The position numbers and the translations under genes are program-made. DNA of 64,000 nucleotides from positions 49,104,001 through 49,168,000 of the forward strand of contig NC_083233.1 in NCBI RefSeq assembly GCF_032191835.1, in the 5' to 3' direction. This document shows positions 47,610 through 60,871 of the stretch, one piece after another (position 1 is the first letter of the stretch; each line of letters begins with the position of its first letter). The notes under the pieces were generated by a model that was given only the letters and a program-made list of their open reading frames with translations, made no database searches and was not told the DNA's origin. Source of the DNA: Heteronotia binoei (lineage: Eukaryota).

Positions 47610-50600
47610 AGCCCCAGGAGGGGCAACTCTCTCAATAAAGCACTTGGTCTTCTCTGTATTGCTTTCAATTCATTGTGACACTGTTGCATAGCTGCCTTCT
47701 CTCTCCCTACTGCTCAGGACAGACAATGCCTCTTTTTTAGTTCAGGTGAAAGGATCCTTGTTCTAGAGGAAAGGGGGCAGATTCTTCAGATTGTACTGGA
47801 TCCATCACATGTGACTGCATGTGGTCAGACTAGGCTAGGTCTGCCAGGTCAAATGTCAACAGGAGCCTTCCTTTCCCCCAGATTTTTGGTCATTTCTATG
47901 TTTGTTCCTGAAACAGATAATGTCTATGACCAGGGGTAGCAAAACTGTGGCTCAGGAGCCACACGTGACTCTTTCACACACATTGTGTGGCTCTCAAAGC
48001 CCCAACCACCCTGTCTGCTAGCTATGAGAAGGCATTTCTCTCTTCAAATCACTTCTCCAAACCAAGCCAGCCGGCAGCTTGGATAATCCATTTAAATAAC
48101 AAGTTGCTTTCTTTCTACCTCTCCTCCCCTCCCCTCCCCCATCTATTTGCCTCCTTCCTGACTGTTCTGCAGCTCTCAAATATCTGACATTCATGTCTTG
48201 TTGCTCTCAAACATCTGAAGTTTATTCTATGTGGCTCTTATGTCAAGCAAGTTTGACCACTATTTGGGGGGGGGGGGGCGGGGTGTTGCATCTAGAGAAG
48301 CCTTATCAGATTTTGTGGTTCTTCTTTACTCTCCTCCTGTGCTAAACCTTGAAAGGGTGGTCAGGGGTAGATTGTGGCCCTTATTCTGCTCTCTTCTGCA
48401 GGCTGGGAGTGATCTTACATGAACCTTTGACAGAGAAAAGGGCCCTTGTTAACTGATTTTTCCTTCTGCGTGAGCTTTCATTGTACTGAGAAGTCCAGAA
48501 GCTCAGATTGTTAAATGTGTTGAGGCTATGAACCAGGCGTAGCACAATTCCATGAAGGCAGAACAGATTCTGCCTCCATAGAATTATGTTATGCCTGGCT
48601 CTGAGCCACAACATAATTAACAACCTGAGCCTCTGGGCTTCTCAGTCCAATCCCAGTTTCACTGTTGTCTTTTGTAAAGGAAATTCCAGTGGATCAACCA
48701 CAGAGGTTTTCATCCTCTGGGCAGATGTATGTGTGATGCTGCTGTTTTTCAGTTGTGTGTCTTAAGCATAGAGAAACATTATAGACATCCGGTGGAGCTC
48801 CAGGTTGGTTTCCTATTGCCTTTGGGCTGTTTTAGGTTTTTCTCAAACTTCCCTAAAATGGTATGCAGCAACTGCTGATGGTTGTGGACAGTGACCACTG
48901 TGGAGTCCACCTTGTGTGGCCCTTTAGGCTTGCTTCTTGCCTTTGACATTGAAAAGGGCCCTTATTAACTCAACCCTCCTCCCAAACAAGGCCCTAGAAA
49001 GGAAGAAAATGAGCTCCCTGAGATGTCATTATTTTTTCTTTAGTATCTAGCCTGGGTCTAAGTTCTGTGCAACTTGAAAACTCCCAGGCACTACTGGCCA
49101 GGACTGGGTCAAATAGAAGTATTAAGTTACCTCTCTGTGAATCTTCTGGATCCTGTAGAGTAGTGTATGTTCTTCTTTAGAGACTTATCAAGTGTAACCA
49201 GAGTTTTGTTGTTAGAAAAAGCCCCACAGGAACTCATTTGCATATTAGGCCACACCCCCTGACCACCATTGTTTCGCATAAGTTTTTTTGTAGGGGGGGG
49301 GGGAACAGCAGGGACATATTTGCATATTAAGCCACACTCCCTGACACCGAGCTAGCGGGAACTGCGTTCCTGTGCATTCCTGCTCATAAAAAAAAACCCT
49401 GAGTGTAACCATCCAGAAGTGGAATTCCAGAACTGGCAGAAGTCTTCCACCTGCATGAATAACACATATACCCTCCATGCCCTAAAGTGATGGAAATGCC
49501 AAGGAAACGTGTTCCCTGGGGGAAAGAGGAATGTACAAATCTATGTACAGGAACAAGCAAGGCCTGCTGGGGAAAATCTCTACCCAGGAACAAGGGAATC
49601 TGCACTCAGAAGAAAGGGCATGAACATATAGAAGAGCTTTGGAGATTGTGGGCAGGGGCCAGAGTTTTCCTTGATTATTTTTTTATGACTTCTATCCCGC
49701 CCTTCCCAACAAGTGGCTCAGGGCGGAGGATTAGACGGAGGATTAGAAGTCCTCCGTATATAGACAGGGTTTTTGTTTTTTTAAAGCAACTATAGATTAC
49801 ATTTTTGTATTTTAAAAACATCTTAAGAGCATGTGCTGGGTTGTAAGGCTGTGAATTGTGACTAGAGATCATATAATTCAGTTTCTGAAGTCAAACAGTT
49901 TCCTACTCAAATTTAGACAGTTAATAATACAGCTTTAGAGAGAATTTTAAAACTTATAATTTTGGGTTGCCGCAGGGGTTCTAAGCTTTGGAACAGCTTT
50001 CAAAAACAAGGTCTACTTGCTTTCAGTTACATTACTAAAAGGGGAATCAAAGACAGCTGAGTTATTGTAATTCATCACTCTAGGTGGGACTGACCTGCCC
50101 TTGGCAACAATTCTGAAACGAGTGCCAATTGTGCCAGCTGCCCATTCACAATCTGGGGCTGGTTGGCAAGAATATATTGCAACTATTTTGAGCACTGTTC
50201 ACTGACTGCTAGTTTGTTTCCAGAAATAGTTCAAGGTGTTGGAACTTATCTTTAGAACCTGTCACAACGCAAGACCCATGTACTTGAAGGGCCACCTCTC
50301 CCTGTATCAACCCCTTTTGGCAGCTCCAGTTCCCAAGGCCTTTTGCCTGTCATTCAGCGAGCTTCTGCAGCAGAGTGAGGATTTAAATTTGGGTCTCCCA
50401 GATCCTAGTCTGAAACTACGATTCCACACTGGCTTTTATGGGATAGTCATGCAAGTTGCCCAGGACTACTGCCAGGCTGGCACTCATGAGTCCTTCCTCA
50501 AAGGCCAAATCAGCCCTGGGAAAGGTTGTGCCCCTCCCTGCTTTTTGCTAACAGAAACCAAGGCTTGAAGGCTGGCAATATTGTTGTGGCTGCCTAGCAG

Positions 50601-50914
50601 TGCTTACTGATGGCATCCATTTCTTAGAGCTTCAGGTGCTGTTTCTATCATTTGGGGGGGGGGTTTAAAACCCTCCCTTTTTTTTTTTAGATTTTAGATT
50701 TTTCTACAAACGTGGGGGTTTTCTCTGGTTTGTAGAAATATATGTCTTGTCTACCCATGGTACTGTTTCTGGATTTAAGTATTCACACATGAGGGCATGT
50801 TGAGAAATAGATATATTGATAATGGTGATAAGAAAGGCCTTTTAAATTTGGATGAGTGTTACAAGTAGGTCTGAGTTGGTAGATGATCCTGAGTCTTCAA
50901 ACTGATGAGCAGGC

Positions 50915-51088
50915 AGGGCTTTTTTTTTGAAGCAGGAACTCCTCTGCATATTAGGTTGATGTAACCAATCCTCTTGGAGCTTATAGTAGACCCTATACTA
51001 AGAGCCCTGTAAGCTCCAAGAGGATTTGCTACATCAGATGGGGGGGGGCCTAATATGAAAAGGAGTTCCTGCTACAAAAATATGCCTT
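50915..51088. mobile_element. Palindromic (fold-back) MITE
   Basis: Nearly the whole element is an imperfect inverted repeat (gcaggaactcct..catattagg / cctaatatg..aggagttcctgc); a sister copy lies at 41092-41243. Confidence 0.75.
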
Positions 51089-51614
51089 GTGAGCAGGTAA
51101 AGCTGTTTCTAATTAGCTCTCATTTTCTATTTTATTTTTTGTTTTCGGATAGAGAAATATAAGTTCTTTTTTGGGGTAGCTGAAAAAGACAAGCGCAAAA
51201 ACAATATTTGAATGTGAAGGGCTGAGTGTATTGTCATTGTGCAAATGTAGGAACTATTAAGGGGTCCAACATTTTGCCACTGAATTAGAAAAGTTACTAT
51301 TTCCAAAAATTTCAGGATACTAAATCACCAGGCTAAATGTAAGATATTTATTTGACTGAAAAGTTTGAACTAATGGTCTCTGAGCTCTGATTCCATTTGA
51401 AAGCTGACTAAGCCAAACAGTACCCAGTTCCACTGCTTGTCTGCCCTGACCTTTGGAATCAAGGGCCTTGATCATCCACGCCTATCCCAACTACGCTTTT
51501 GCTCTGTGCTTTTATTTTTGTAAAAATTCATAACTGGCTTGCTTCAGCCCCCGCCCCACCCCTTGTAGAACATCTGGCACTAGTTGGGTTGGCTCCCAGT
51601 TTTGCAACTCTCTG

Positions 51615-51622
51615 TATATAAA
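51615..51622 (+). promoter_or_regulatory. TATA box of GSTT copy B
   Basis: TATATAAA about 100 nt upstream of the ATG at 51719. Confidence 0.55.
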
Positions 51623-51718
51623 GGTTTCTGTTATTCCCGGGAACGCTTCCTGCCGAAGCAGATCAGCACAAGAGTCCATGTAGCTAGCTGATACTCTCTC
51701 TGCCCAGCTGATACCACC

Positions 51719-54700
51719 ATGGGGCTGGAGCTCTACCTGGATCTGCTCTCTCAGCCCTGTCGAGCCATCTACATCTTTGCCAAGAAGAACAACATCCCCT
51801 TTGAGTTCAAGGATGTGGAAGTGTTTAGAGGTGAGGAGGGGCAAAACTTTGAAGGGAGGGAGAAAGCTGGACTGATATCATGGTTCTTCATTTACTTCCT
51901 GAAGAAATTTGGTCTGTGAAATATAAGCAGTTACAGTGACCCCAAAGGGTGGGTCCTTTATTGCACGCTTTGGGATGGAGTGGGGGTTGTACTTGACAAG
52001 AGTGATCATTACACAGGAGTTTGGTAGCACCTTAAAGACTAAGAAAAACTGATTTCAGTCTGAACTTTGATTAATCAGAGCTCTCTTCCTCACATGCTTA
52101 AAAATGTACATCCATGAGGTTGGGTTAAAAACTCAGAAGAAGGAATGTGGAAAATGTTCCAAAGGGAGGCTGATACAGAATGAGGTCCAATCAAAAGAAT
52201 GATTGGTTCATCTATAATGGGGGGTTGAGACTCCTTCAATCAACAGCAGAGAAAAAGAAAACATCAAATCTAATGCAGGAAGCAGTGAAATAGTGGGTGA
52301 ATTAACAACTATAAGGGGTGGGATATGACAGCTATTGACACCTATAGTGATTTAGGAATCTCAGGTCTCTATTAAGTTAGGTGCGAGTCGTTGTATTGAA
52401 TTTGTTAATTTTTAGTCAACCACCTTCTATAGCATCCCATCTCCAAATGTCTTTTGAAGGAGAACAATAACTTTTAATTATAAGCAGTATGTCCAGGGAA
52501 ACTAACATGTATCCAATGACTCTGGAATAGATTAATGAATCCTGATGAAAAGACAGGATATTCTGTACACCTTCAGTGTTATCTAGCTTGGTAATAGCTT
52601 AGCAAGATTGCCAAGGAACATTCTGTAGAGGAAGGCAATGGCAAATCACCTATCTGCTTCTCGCTTGCCTTGAAAGTCCCTTGATGGGGTCACCATAAAT
52701 TGGTTCCAACTTGATAGCACATGTGTACTCTAAATCCACCTTCCCTCTGCTACCCAGGTCAGATAACAAAGAACCACCATGATAGGTGTTCATCCTGGGA
52801 CCAAGGTACTGATGAGCAGAAGATGGGAACAAGAGATGTTGCTGTATAGAGATAGATCTGAGTCCAGTAGCTCTGTAGAGACCAACCAGATTTTGCAGGT
52901 ATGAGTTTTCGAGCGTCAAAGCTTCCTTCATCAGATACCAAAGGGAACTTTTAAAAGCTCCTACCTCTTAAATCTTGTGGATCTCTAAAGAGTCACTGGA
53001 CTCAAATCTAGCAATATGACTACCTTCTGAACCTGCCTGGAGATAGGTGCCACTTTTGTTGTTTCCTGGGAATATGAGCTCTCAGCCAGTGGGCCTTCTG
53101 CTCAGCAACTGGAGAACCTGCAGTTGTGATCTCTGAAGCTGTGTTGGTTACACTCTGGGTGTGCATTCACACACACTAAATAACATGCTTTGCAACTGGA
53201 TTTTTACTGTGTAAGAATAGCAAGATCCACTTGCATACAGTCACTGTGTGAAAGCACCCAATATGTTTGCTAGCTCTGGTAGGCAGGATCCTGAAGCTGA
53301 GCAGTAGGCAATATTCAAATCGGTTTTGCTTAGACAGGAAAAAGTTTCTCTCTTCAGAGCAACTAGCAAGGAGCACACATACCCTTCATATTATGTGTAA
53401 TTGCATTTATGTTGTCAGATTCCATCCTGGGAATGAAAGCACCAGGTGAAATGAGCCCAGGATCGGCACAGCCAGGTAAACTGCTTTTATGTGATATAAA
53501 AGAGTACTGGTAATCTCAAGGGCTGGCCCAATGATATAGGCAAGGCAGCAATCTAGGCAGTATAATGGAAAAGGACCTTGCTATGGCCAGAAGCACAAGT
53601 CACCAGCACCTCCTTTCATGCTGCTGCTCCAACTGGTCATTTGGCAGTTCCTCCACCTGGGGGGGCTGAGGAGGGGTTGTCATTCAACATATTATTTGTT
53701 TAACTCATATGGCTAGTTTCCCTACTTTGCATACCTGTCCTTGAATTTTTCAGATGCTTCCAGGTGAATATGGCTGCAATCCTATGAATGCTTTCCTGGG
53801 AATAATCCCCAATGAATGAAATGGGACTTCTTTTTGTGTAGAACTGCTTAAGATTGTGCCCTATGGCTCCTGCAATGGTTTTGTGCCAGTGCAGCACTGA
53901 TAAGTGGAAAAGGCTGCAAGTAATCACATTGGTCTAAAGCAAATCCAAAATCAAAAGCTATATAATACCTTTTATTAAAACAAACCAAAATGACACAAAA
54001 GAGCATGCAAGCTTTTGAGTATGCCAGAACTCTTTCACCAGACGAGTGGCTAATAAGCACCACAGGAAAATGAGCCAACGTTCAAGGATTTTTTTATTTT
54101 GTCATTGACATTAGCAAATGTAAATAGAAAAGAGGCAGAATTTTTGCATGGGTATGCATATTTTGCAATACAGAAGTGTTACTCATAATCCATCACATGC
54201 TCTGTGTCACCAACACTGCTACTAAAACCTTTTTGATAATTTGTGCAAAAGCACAACGTGCAGGAGACAGCCAGAGCAGCAGCCTTCACTTCTGACCTTT
54301 TTAAAAGTGAAACAACCAAGAAAGAATTTCCCTTAAGAAACAAGTTGCCAGATGCATGGTTCAACCTCCACTATAAACCAAATTAGATTGTGGCCCTAAG
54401 GTCTATGAGGTGCGTGTGAAAAAGATATACATGTAGATTCTGTGCATGAAAAAGATATACATGTTGATTCTGTCTTGAATGATGCAGATGAAAGATTTAG
54501 AATATCTAAATAGGTTTAGACAATGTGGACCTTGAGCACACTTGCATGCATTTCTTAAGGACCACTAAACATCTTGCTTAGGTCATAGTGGCAAAAGCTT
54601 CCCTGTAGGGATTAGGCAGTGTGCAGAGGGGCCTGAAGAATGCAGTCCATCAACCACTGTTTTGTGAAAGCAAAGAAGGATTGGTCTAGAGCAGCATCTG

Positions 54701-57700
54701 CTGATGTGTATTTTCTTTCCATGCTTCCCCCACAATTTGGAATTTCTGGTTTAATTTTTTTCCTGAGTGACCAGCAAAAGCAATTATCAGTATAAAGATT
54801 GCAAGAGGAGAGTGGGTACCTGGAGCAGTGCAAATGTGAGGAGGGGCAGTGGGCACTTAGAAAGAGGCAGAAGAGGTGTTCCATCACCTCACAGCTAGAG
54901 ACACACCCTCACTAAATTGCATTTCCAGCATTCCTTAGGAGACACCAGGCTGCGATGGCTACAGTTTTATAATAGCCGTTAAGCACCAGAATATTAAACA
55001 CAAATTTGGCTGTGATGCCGAGAGGTGTGTGCAGAGCTGTTTGCACAAGCAAGATTCAGTAAGCCTTGAGTATGCAGCATGAGCCTGCTTGCCCAGCTCT
55101 CTCCAAAGAGAGGGTGAGGCACACATTCTCTTCCCATAAGAGGAGATTCGGGCATGCCATTTTAAAAATCAGAATTCCATCCCTCTTCATTTGCTTATAT
55201 TTCTGTTTACAGTGCAAATATGACCTTGCAGAATCCAAAGGGCAGCTGATGTTGTGGAGATTCTATTCTGCTTACCCAACCTGTGCACACAAACTGTGAC
55301 CTCTTCCAAAGAAATTGTTGGAGCCCTGAGAGGAGCTGCTCTGTTGCTCCAGAGATGAGATTGGCTTCTGATTTTCCTATGTGAAGGACTAAAGATAAGA
55401 CATCTTGCCCTTGTACTTTGCCTTCTGGGCCAGTCCTCTTGCCAGATCCTGCTCTGGAAATCAGTTTAGAACAGTCTCTTTCCATCTGTCTGTCTCTCTA
55501 ATGCAGGGATCACTACCAGGCCACAATTATTTGAGGGATACCTGAGTAGTGCACTTTGGCTGTTACGGAACTAAAAAATGACCTGTTACAGAGATGTCTG
55601 TGATTATGAAACACAACAGCCTGATTATAAAATGTGAAGGTTCACTATGAAGGACAGACAGACCCTGGGGTGTACATCCAGCTACCCACCATGGGAAGAA
55701 AAAAGTTGCATTACATCCATCTTCAACCCAGTGTCATAATTTTTACCATCTCCTAGAAAAATTGTTTGCCTTGCTTGTTTCCAGTGTAGAATCAGGTCTT
55801 CCTTGATTTTTTGGATCTGGACAGATTTTCAAGATCACTAGATGGATACTTGGAAATGGAGAACTGTTTAACTAGAGCCTCTGAAAAAATGTGCACATGT
55901 GGGCACACTTGCCTTGCCTCTACTCCGACTCTAGACTGTTGTTTTCCTTTGTTTTTAGAGCAGCTGCGCAAAATGAATGTGGTAAAGAAAGTTCCTGTCT
56001 TGAGGGATGAGGCCTTTTGCTTATCAGAATGGTAAGAAGGCCACAAAGGAGGAATTCTTTGACCCATAACCTCATAATATGACCCATAGGCTACTTCCCC
56101 ATGACAGATTTTCTCTGCCCTGGCTCTCAAAATGGTATAGGTATTTTTGGAACATTCGCATGATGTGGTCATTTTCCTTCTGTCTCCTTTTGTGCTTTTC
56201 TCTAGTCTGCCCCAGTGATTCCCATATCTGCTTTTCTCCTACCTTTCCAGAGAGAGAGGGTTGCCAGGTCTGTATTGGAAAATACCTGGAGACTTTGGGG
56301 ATGAAGCTGGGAGAGGGCAGGGGAAGGGAGGGGCCTCAGCATAGTACAATGCTGTAGAGCTCAACCTTCAAAGCAGCCATTTTCTCCAGGAGAGCTGATC
56401 TCTGCCAGCTGGGGATCAGTTGTAAAAGCAGGAGATCTCCAGGCCCCATCTGGAGGCTAGCAACCCTATGAGAGCAGGTTTGCCTACAGTGTGGACAGGA
56501 AGAACTGTTTCTCAAACTCCTCCCCCAATCTCTATTATCTCTCAGTATTCCCTTGCATTTGTATTCCCCGCAACCATCACCCCCAGGCTTCTCACTGGCT
56601 TTAAAAAAACACTCAGATGTGGGTATACCTACTAGCATAATTTTTATGTCAGTGATGAGTGCACCCCAGGGGATCATCCTGGTGTGGAAGCAGCCTTGAG
56701 AATGCAATATTGAGACAGGCAATACTCAGTATTGTAGTGAGCCAATAATAATTTGAGGACAAGGAGGGATATATAAATGTGCAGAAAAGAACAAGAGTCC
56801 AGTAGCACCTTAAAGACTAACAAAATTTGTGTCAGCTTTTGTGAATCACTGCTCACAGACAAACACAGCTGCCCATCTTGGTCTATAAATCTGTACAGAA
56901 ACCCTCCCCAGCCACTTTCATTCTTGGATTTGGGCAAAACATTTTGTAGGAGAGGAAGGGTGTTCTACAGCTGGGGGGGTAGCTATAAAAACAATTTAAT
57001 TCTGGCCTTATGATACAAATCCTCCAGACTTTAGAAGATACCATCCTGGTGTTTAGGACTGCAACAGGGTAGAGGGGAAGTTGTAGTCAGGTGGCTGAGT
57101 CATGCTTCTAAAATAGCTTTATGCAAGCAAGTCTTTATTGGAGGGACTTTAACTGAGCAAGCTGCCCATTTAATTGGACAGCTGACTACACTGGTTCAGA
57201 GACAAATGTCAGCTATAATCTTATTTCTCTCCTCCCTCTTTGTCTTCCCTTACTCTCTTGGTAGCATCGCAATCCTTCTGTATCTGAGCCGCAAGTACAA
57301 CACTCCAGACCACTGGTATCCATCTGACATACAAAAACGAGCAAAGGTGGATGAATATCTCTCATGGCACCAGACAAACATCCGATCCAATGCTCCCAAG
57401 ACAATGTGGATCAAGGTGAGGGATCTGAAGGGTGCCCTGTGCCCTCCATTGCTTGGCACAGAGTCATGACGGTACAGGAAAAGCTGAGGTCCTCTTTCCC
57501 TTCCCCATTCTGTGTTTCTTGGTCTACTGATTTAACCCCTAAGGTTTACTAGAATGAACTTGAATTCTTTTCAGGAATGGCAAATGTCCATTCATCCCCC
57601 TCTTGCATATTTTCTTCTGTACACCTCCTCACTACCACACTACTCTCTTCCTCCCCATGCACAGTCAATGTTGACCCTCTATTGCCTCTCCTGTTTGGGT

Positions 57701-58951
57701 CTCTCACCCACCTTCTGATGGACTGCTCTCTTTTTAAAAAATGTAGTCTGAGCTTTTGAGCAGCCATCTCAGCATGGAATTTCATGTTATCAACTCAGTT
57801 CCTTAGTCCCATTGCTTACCATATCTTTGGAATGCTTCTCCTGGTTGCCTCTTTTCTCTTTCCTGATGGTGTGTATAAATTCCACACAAACAGCACTTCC
57901 TACGCTTTTCTAATATTTATGGGGTGTTTAACACAGTTAAGCTGGGGAGTTCATGTTCAAAAACTGTCCATCTCATCTAGGTGTTGATACCTCTCTTCAC
58001 GGGCCAGCCGCTTCCCTCTGAGAAGCTGCAGGAGGTCATGGAGGGGTTGGCAACTTCCCTGAAGCAGTTGGAAGATGTGTTCCTTCAGGACAAACCTTTC
58101 CTTGTGGGTGATGAGATCTCTCTTGCAGACCTGATGGCTATTGTGGAGCTTATGCAGGTAAGGCCTGGATGATAATAAAATTCAGGCCCAGGAAAGGCTG
58201 GTTCTTTAGTAGTTGCTTGTCTCCACTCCCACTTGGCACTTTCCAGGCTGAGCTCTGGTGTGGAGCATTTGTCAAAAGGTAACCAGTGGATGTTCAAATG
58301 ATAGAAGCTGTAACCTCAGTAAGCAATGAACCACAAGCAGGGGCCTGCCGTAGTGCAGAAGGGCAATGGTCCAAATTGACCCAAATGGGTGAGTCAAACC
58401 AAGGGCAAGCATGGTACATGAGAAAGCAAATTACATCCCAAACTTCCACACTTGCTTTGACTCTCCAATCCTAATTCCAGAAAGACCTAATTTGCCCTTC
58501 TGAGTTTTAATCCCTGTGTCAGAATGCAGCATTGGCATAACCTCAGCCATTAAACAGTACAAAGACAGCCCCAGAATGAGCCCTGGCTGCAATGTCAGTG
58601 GGAGTTATAGAAGAGGGGTATGGTTGCTGTAGGGACATGGAGCCTGAAGACATAGTTACAGGGGCTAGAGGCATAGGAAAGGAACATCTCTTCATATATA
58701 TGAAGTTCTGCATTTACCCTGCATTTGTATACATCTATTCCATTCTGCAGCCCGTTGGGGTTGGATGCAACATCTTTGAGGACAGACCCAAGCTAGCAGC
58801 ATGGCACAGAAGGGTGGAAGAAGCAATTGGAGAGGAAATCTTCCTACAAGCACATGAACTGATCCTGAACATTCAAAAGCTGAGCACGATACAAATCAAC
58901 CCACAGCTGAAGGAGCAGTTGGGCCCCCTGCTGCTGAAGATACTGAAATGA
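51719..58951 (+). CDS. GSTT1: Glutathione S-transferase theta (copy B, avian GSTT1-type), 6 exons, 256 aa
   Basis: join(51719-51830,53419-53475,55959-56031,57265-57415,57981-58157,58751-58951) = 771 nt, open frame. [58 protein letters not shown] closely match my recollection of chicken GSTT1. Exact orthology is not proven. Confidence 0.9.
52898..52939 (-). ncRNA. Second-subfamily minimal hammerhead motif (partly decayed)
   Basis: GGUAU CUGAUGA A GGAAGCUUUGACGCUC GAAA ACUC AUACC: 5-bp helix I, canonical core, CUC site; helix II and the helix III palindrome are imperfect. Confidence 0.5.
53419..53475 (+). CDS. Extra 57-nt symmetric (phase 1-1) exon of GSTT copy B
   Basis: ttgtcag|ATTCCATCCTG...GCACAGCCAG|gtaaac; encodes (D)[18 protein letters not shown], similar to the DSVLGKKP... 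insert I recall in chicken GSTT1. Confidence 0.75.
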
Positions 58952-60762
58952 ATAAAAGTGTTTCAGAGGGAACAGGTGCCCTTGAGTGGCAGTGTCTATC
59001 CAGCCTTTCTTGTACATGGGGGCTATCTGTCTCTTTAAGAGATTGGCTATGTATTCAGAACATCATGGTTAGCTGACCTCATCCAAGGAGTTCTTAGGAA
59101 TTCATGCCATGCCTGCTGCAATTTCACAACATAGCCTAGGCCCTTTTCATAGCATCAACAATTAGAACTTCACCCAAAACTACCTGTTTTGCTTTCCAAA
59201 ACACTACATCGAAAGCACTGTAAATAAACTTGGCAGGTTGTTCTATTTATCCTCACCTCTATGCTTTGCTTGATATATGGCAGCCATGCTATTTCTAGAT
59301 GAGTAACCATGCTTGTTTGTTGCAGCATCAACATCTGATGCTCTGACTGAGCATATAAAGACATTATGCTGAGCATATAAAGCTGACCCTGCTACTGACT
59401 GCCCAATAGGTGGGTTCCATTTCAGACAGCAGGGGCAACCTGCCCCGTGACCCTTCCTGCCACATTCAACCCCTTGGTTTCTTGTGGAGACAAAGTAGAG
59501 GATCCCATTTGCAGTGATGAGGGATCCCTGGATGAACGTATCAAACTGATTTCTAGTCAATCAGACCATGGAGTCTAGTACAGTATTGCTTACTCCAACT
59601 GACAGGAGCTCACTGTGTGCATATGGACCCAACTAGTCATCAATACAGCAGCCGGTAATATGTCAAAAGTGTAATCAGCTTTTCTGCGCCATCTCTTCTA
59701 ATTCCACTCTTTACTGTAACCACTATTTCTTGTTGCTTCCCCCCCCCCCCCACGGATAGGTCCCATGATCCAAATAATAGATATTTTTTAGTGAGCCTCT
59801 CTTCCTTTTTTCACCACTAGATACAGCCCTTTGAGGTTGCACATACTTGGCTGCCAATGTACATGACAAAATTAGGAATTTCCCTCAGATTATAGTGCTG
59901 GAAGCCATGAGTCCTGCCCTGAAGCAACAAAGGACTGGTGAAATCATTAACTTAACTGGACAGCTGGTGGTTTAAAGTGGCACAAGCATTTGAGTTTCAC
60001 AGAAATTCTTCACTAGACAATTGACACTTGCTCCTCCTACTTTTACTCAGTATTGTTTCTAAAGGTAAGACCTACTTTTTTTTAGCAGCCAAGCCACCTG
60101 TTTGTCTCCACAAGAGGAAGGGTTGCCATTTCTGGCTTGAGAACTTCCTGAGAATATGAAGATGCTGCTTGCGGAAGGTGAGGCTTCTCAGAAGGGATGT
60201 GATACTCTAATCTATCTTTTGCAACTGCCATTTCTTCCAGGAATCTTTGTTGTCTGGAGATTAGTTGTAATTTCAAAAAAACTCCAGGTCTTACCTGAAG
60301 CCTGGTAATACTAACAAAAGATCCATCACAGTACACAATGTAGGTCCTTCCAAAACAAGTAAGACAAATACTTTCCTTTTCTGAAGGGAGTGGTTGATTT
60401 TCGTCTTCTGCTAACAACACATTTTACCTCTAATTTTCTGCATCTGTAAACAATGTTATGCTCTTTGATGGTCAGAGCAAAAGCCCTACGCAGATTCTCA
60501 TATGAAGGTCAACTTTTCCCCATCCCAAAAGAAAATGGTGTCTTTGGACCTGGAGCAACAGGAATGGAATTGCTAAGGTTAAAGAGCAACCAGAGCAGGA
60601 ACATCTACCACACTCTCCCCTGATTGGCCTGTCAGGTTCTTTCTGTACAAGCTGTTTACCTTGTAGACCAATCAGATGCTTAGGAAGATGTTTCTGTTGG
60701 TCCCACTGGTGGGGGAGGTCACACTACTGGACTCTCCCAGCTGGCTTCCTCCTGCTGCAGTG

Positions 60763-60871
60763 ATGCTGGAACTATATTTAGACCTACTCTCCCAGCCCTG
60801 CAGGGCAGTCTACATCTTTGCCAAGAAGAATAACATCCCTTTCATGGTGAAAAACATAGACATGCTTAAAG
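60763..60871 (+). CDS. Glutathione S-transferase theta copy C, exon 1 only; the remainder is not in the window
   Basis: [36 protein letters not shown]+G|gtaatc; CCAAT boxes at 60623-27 (reverse) and 60668-72. Confidence 0.88.

Noticed and set aside
60082-60420. 112-aa minus-strand ORF
   Set aside because: No recognisable motif or splice framework; likely a chance ORF.
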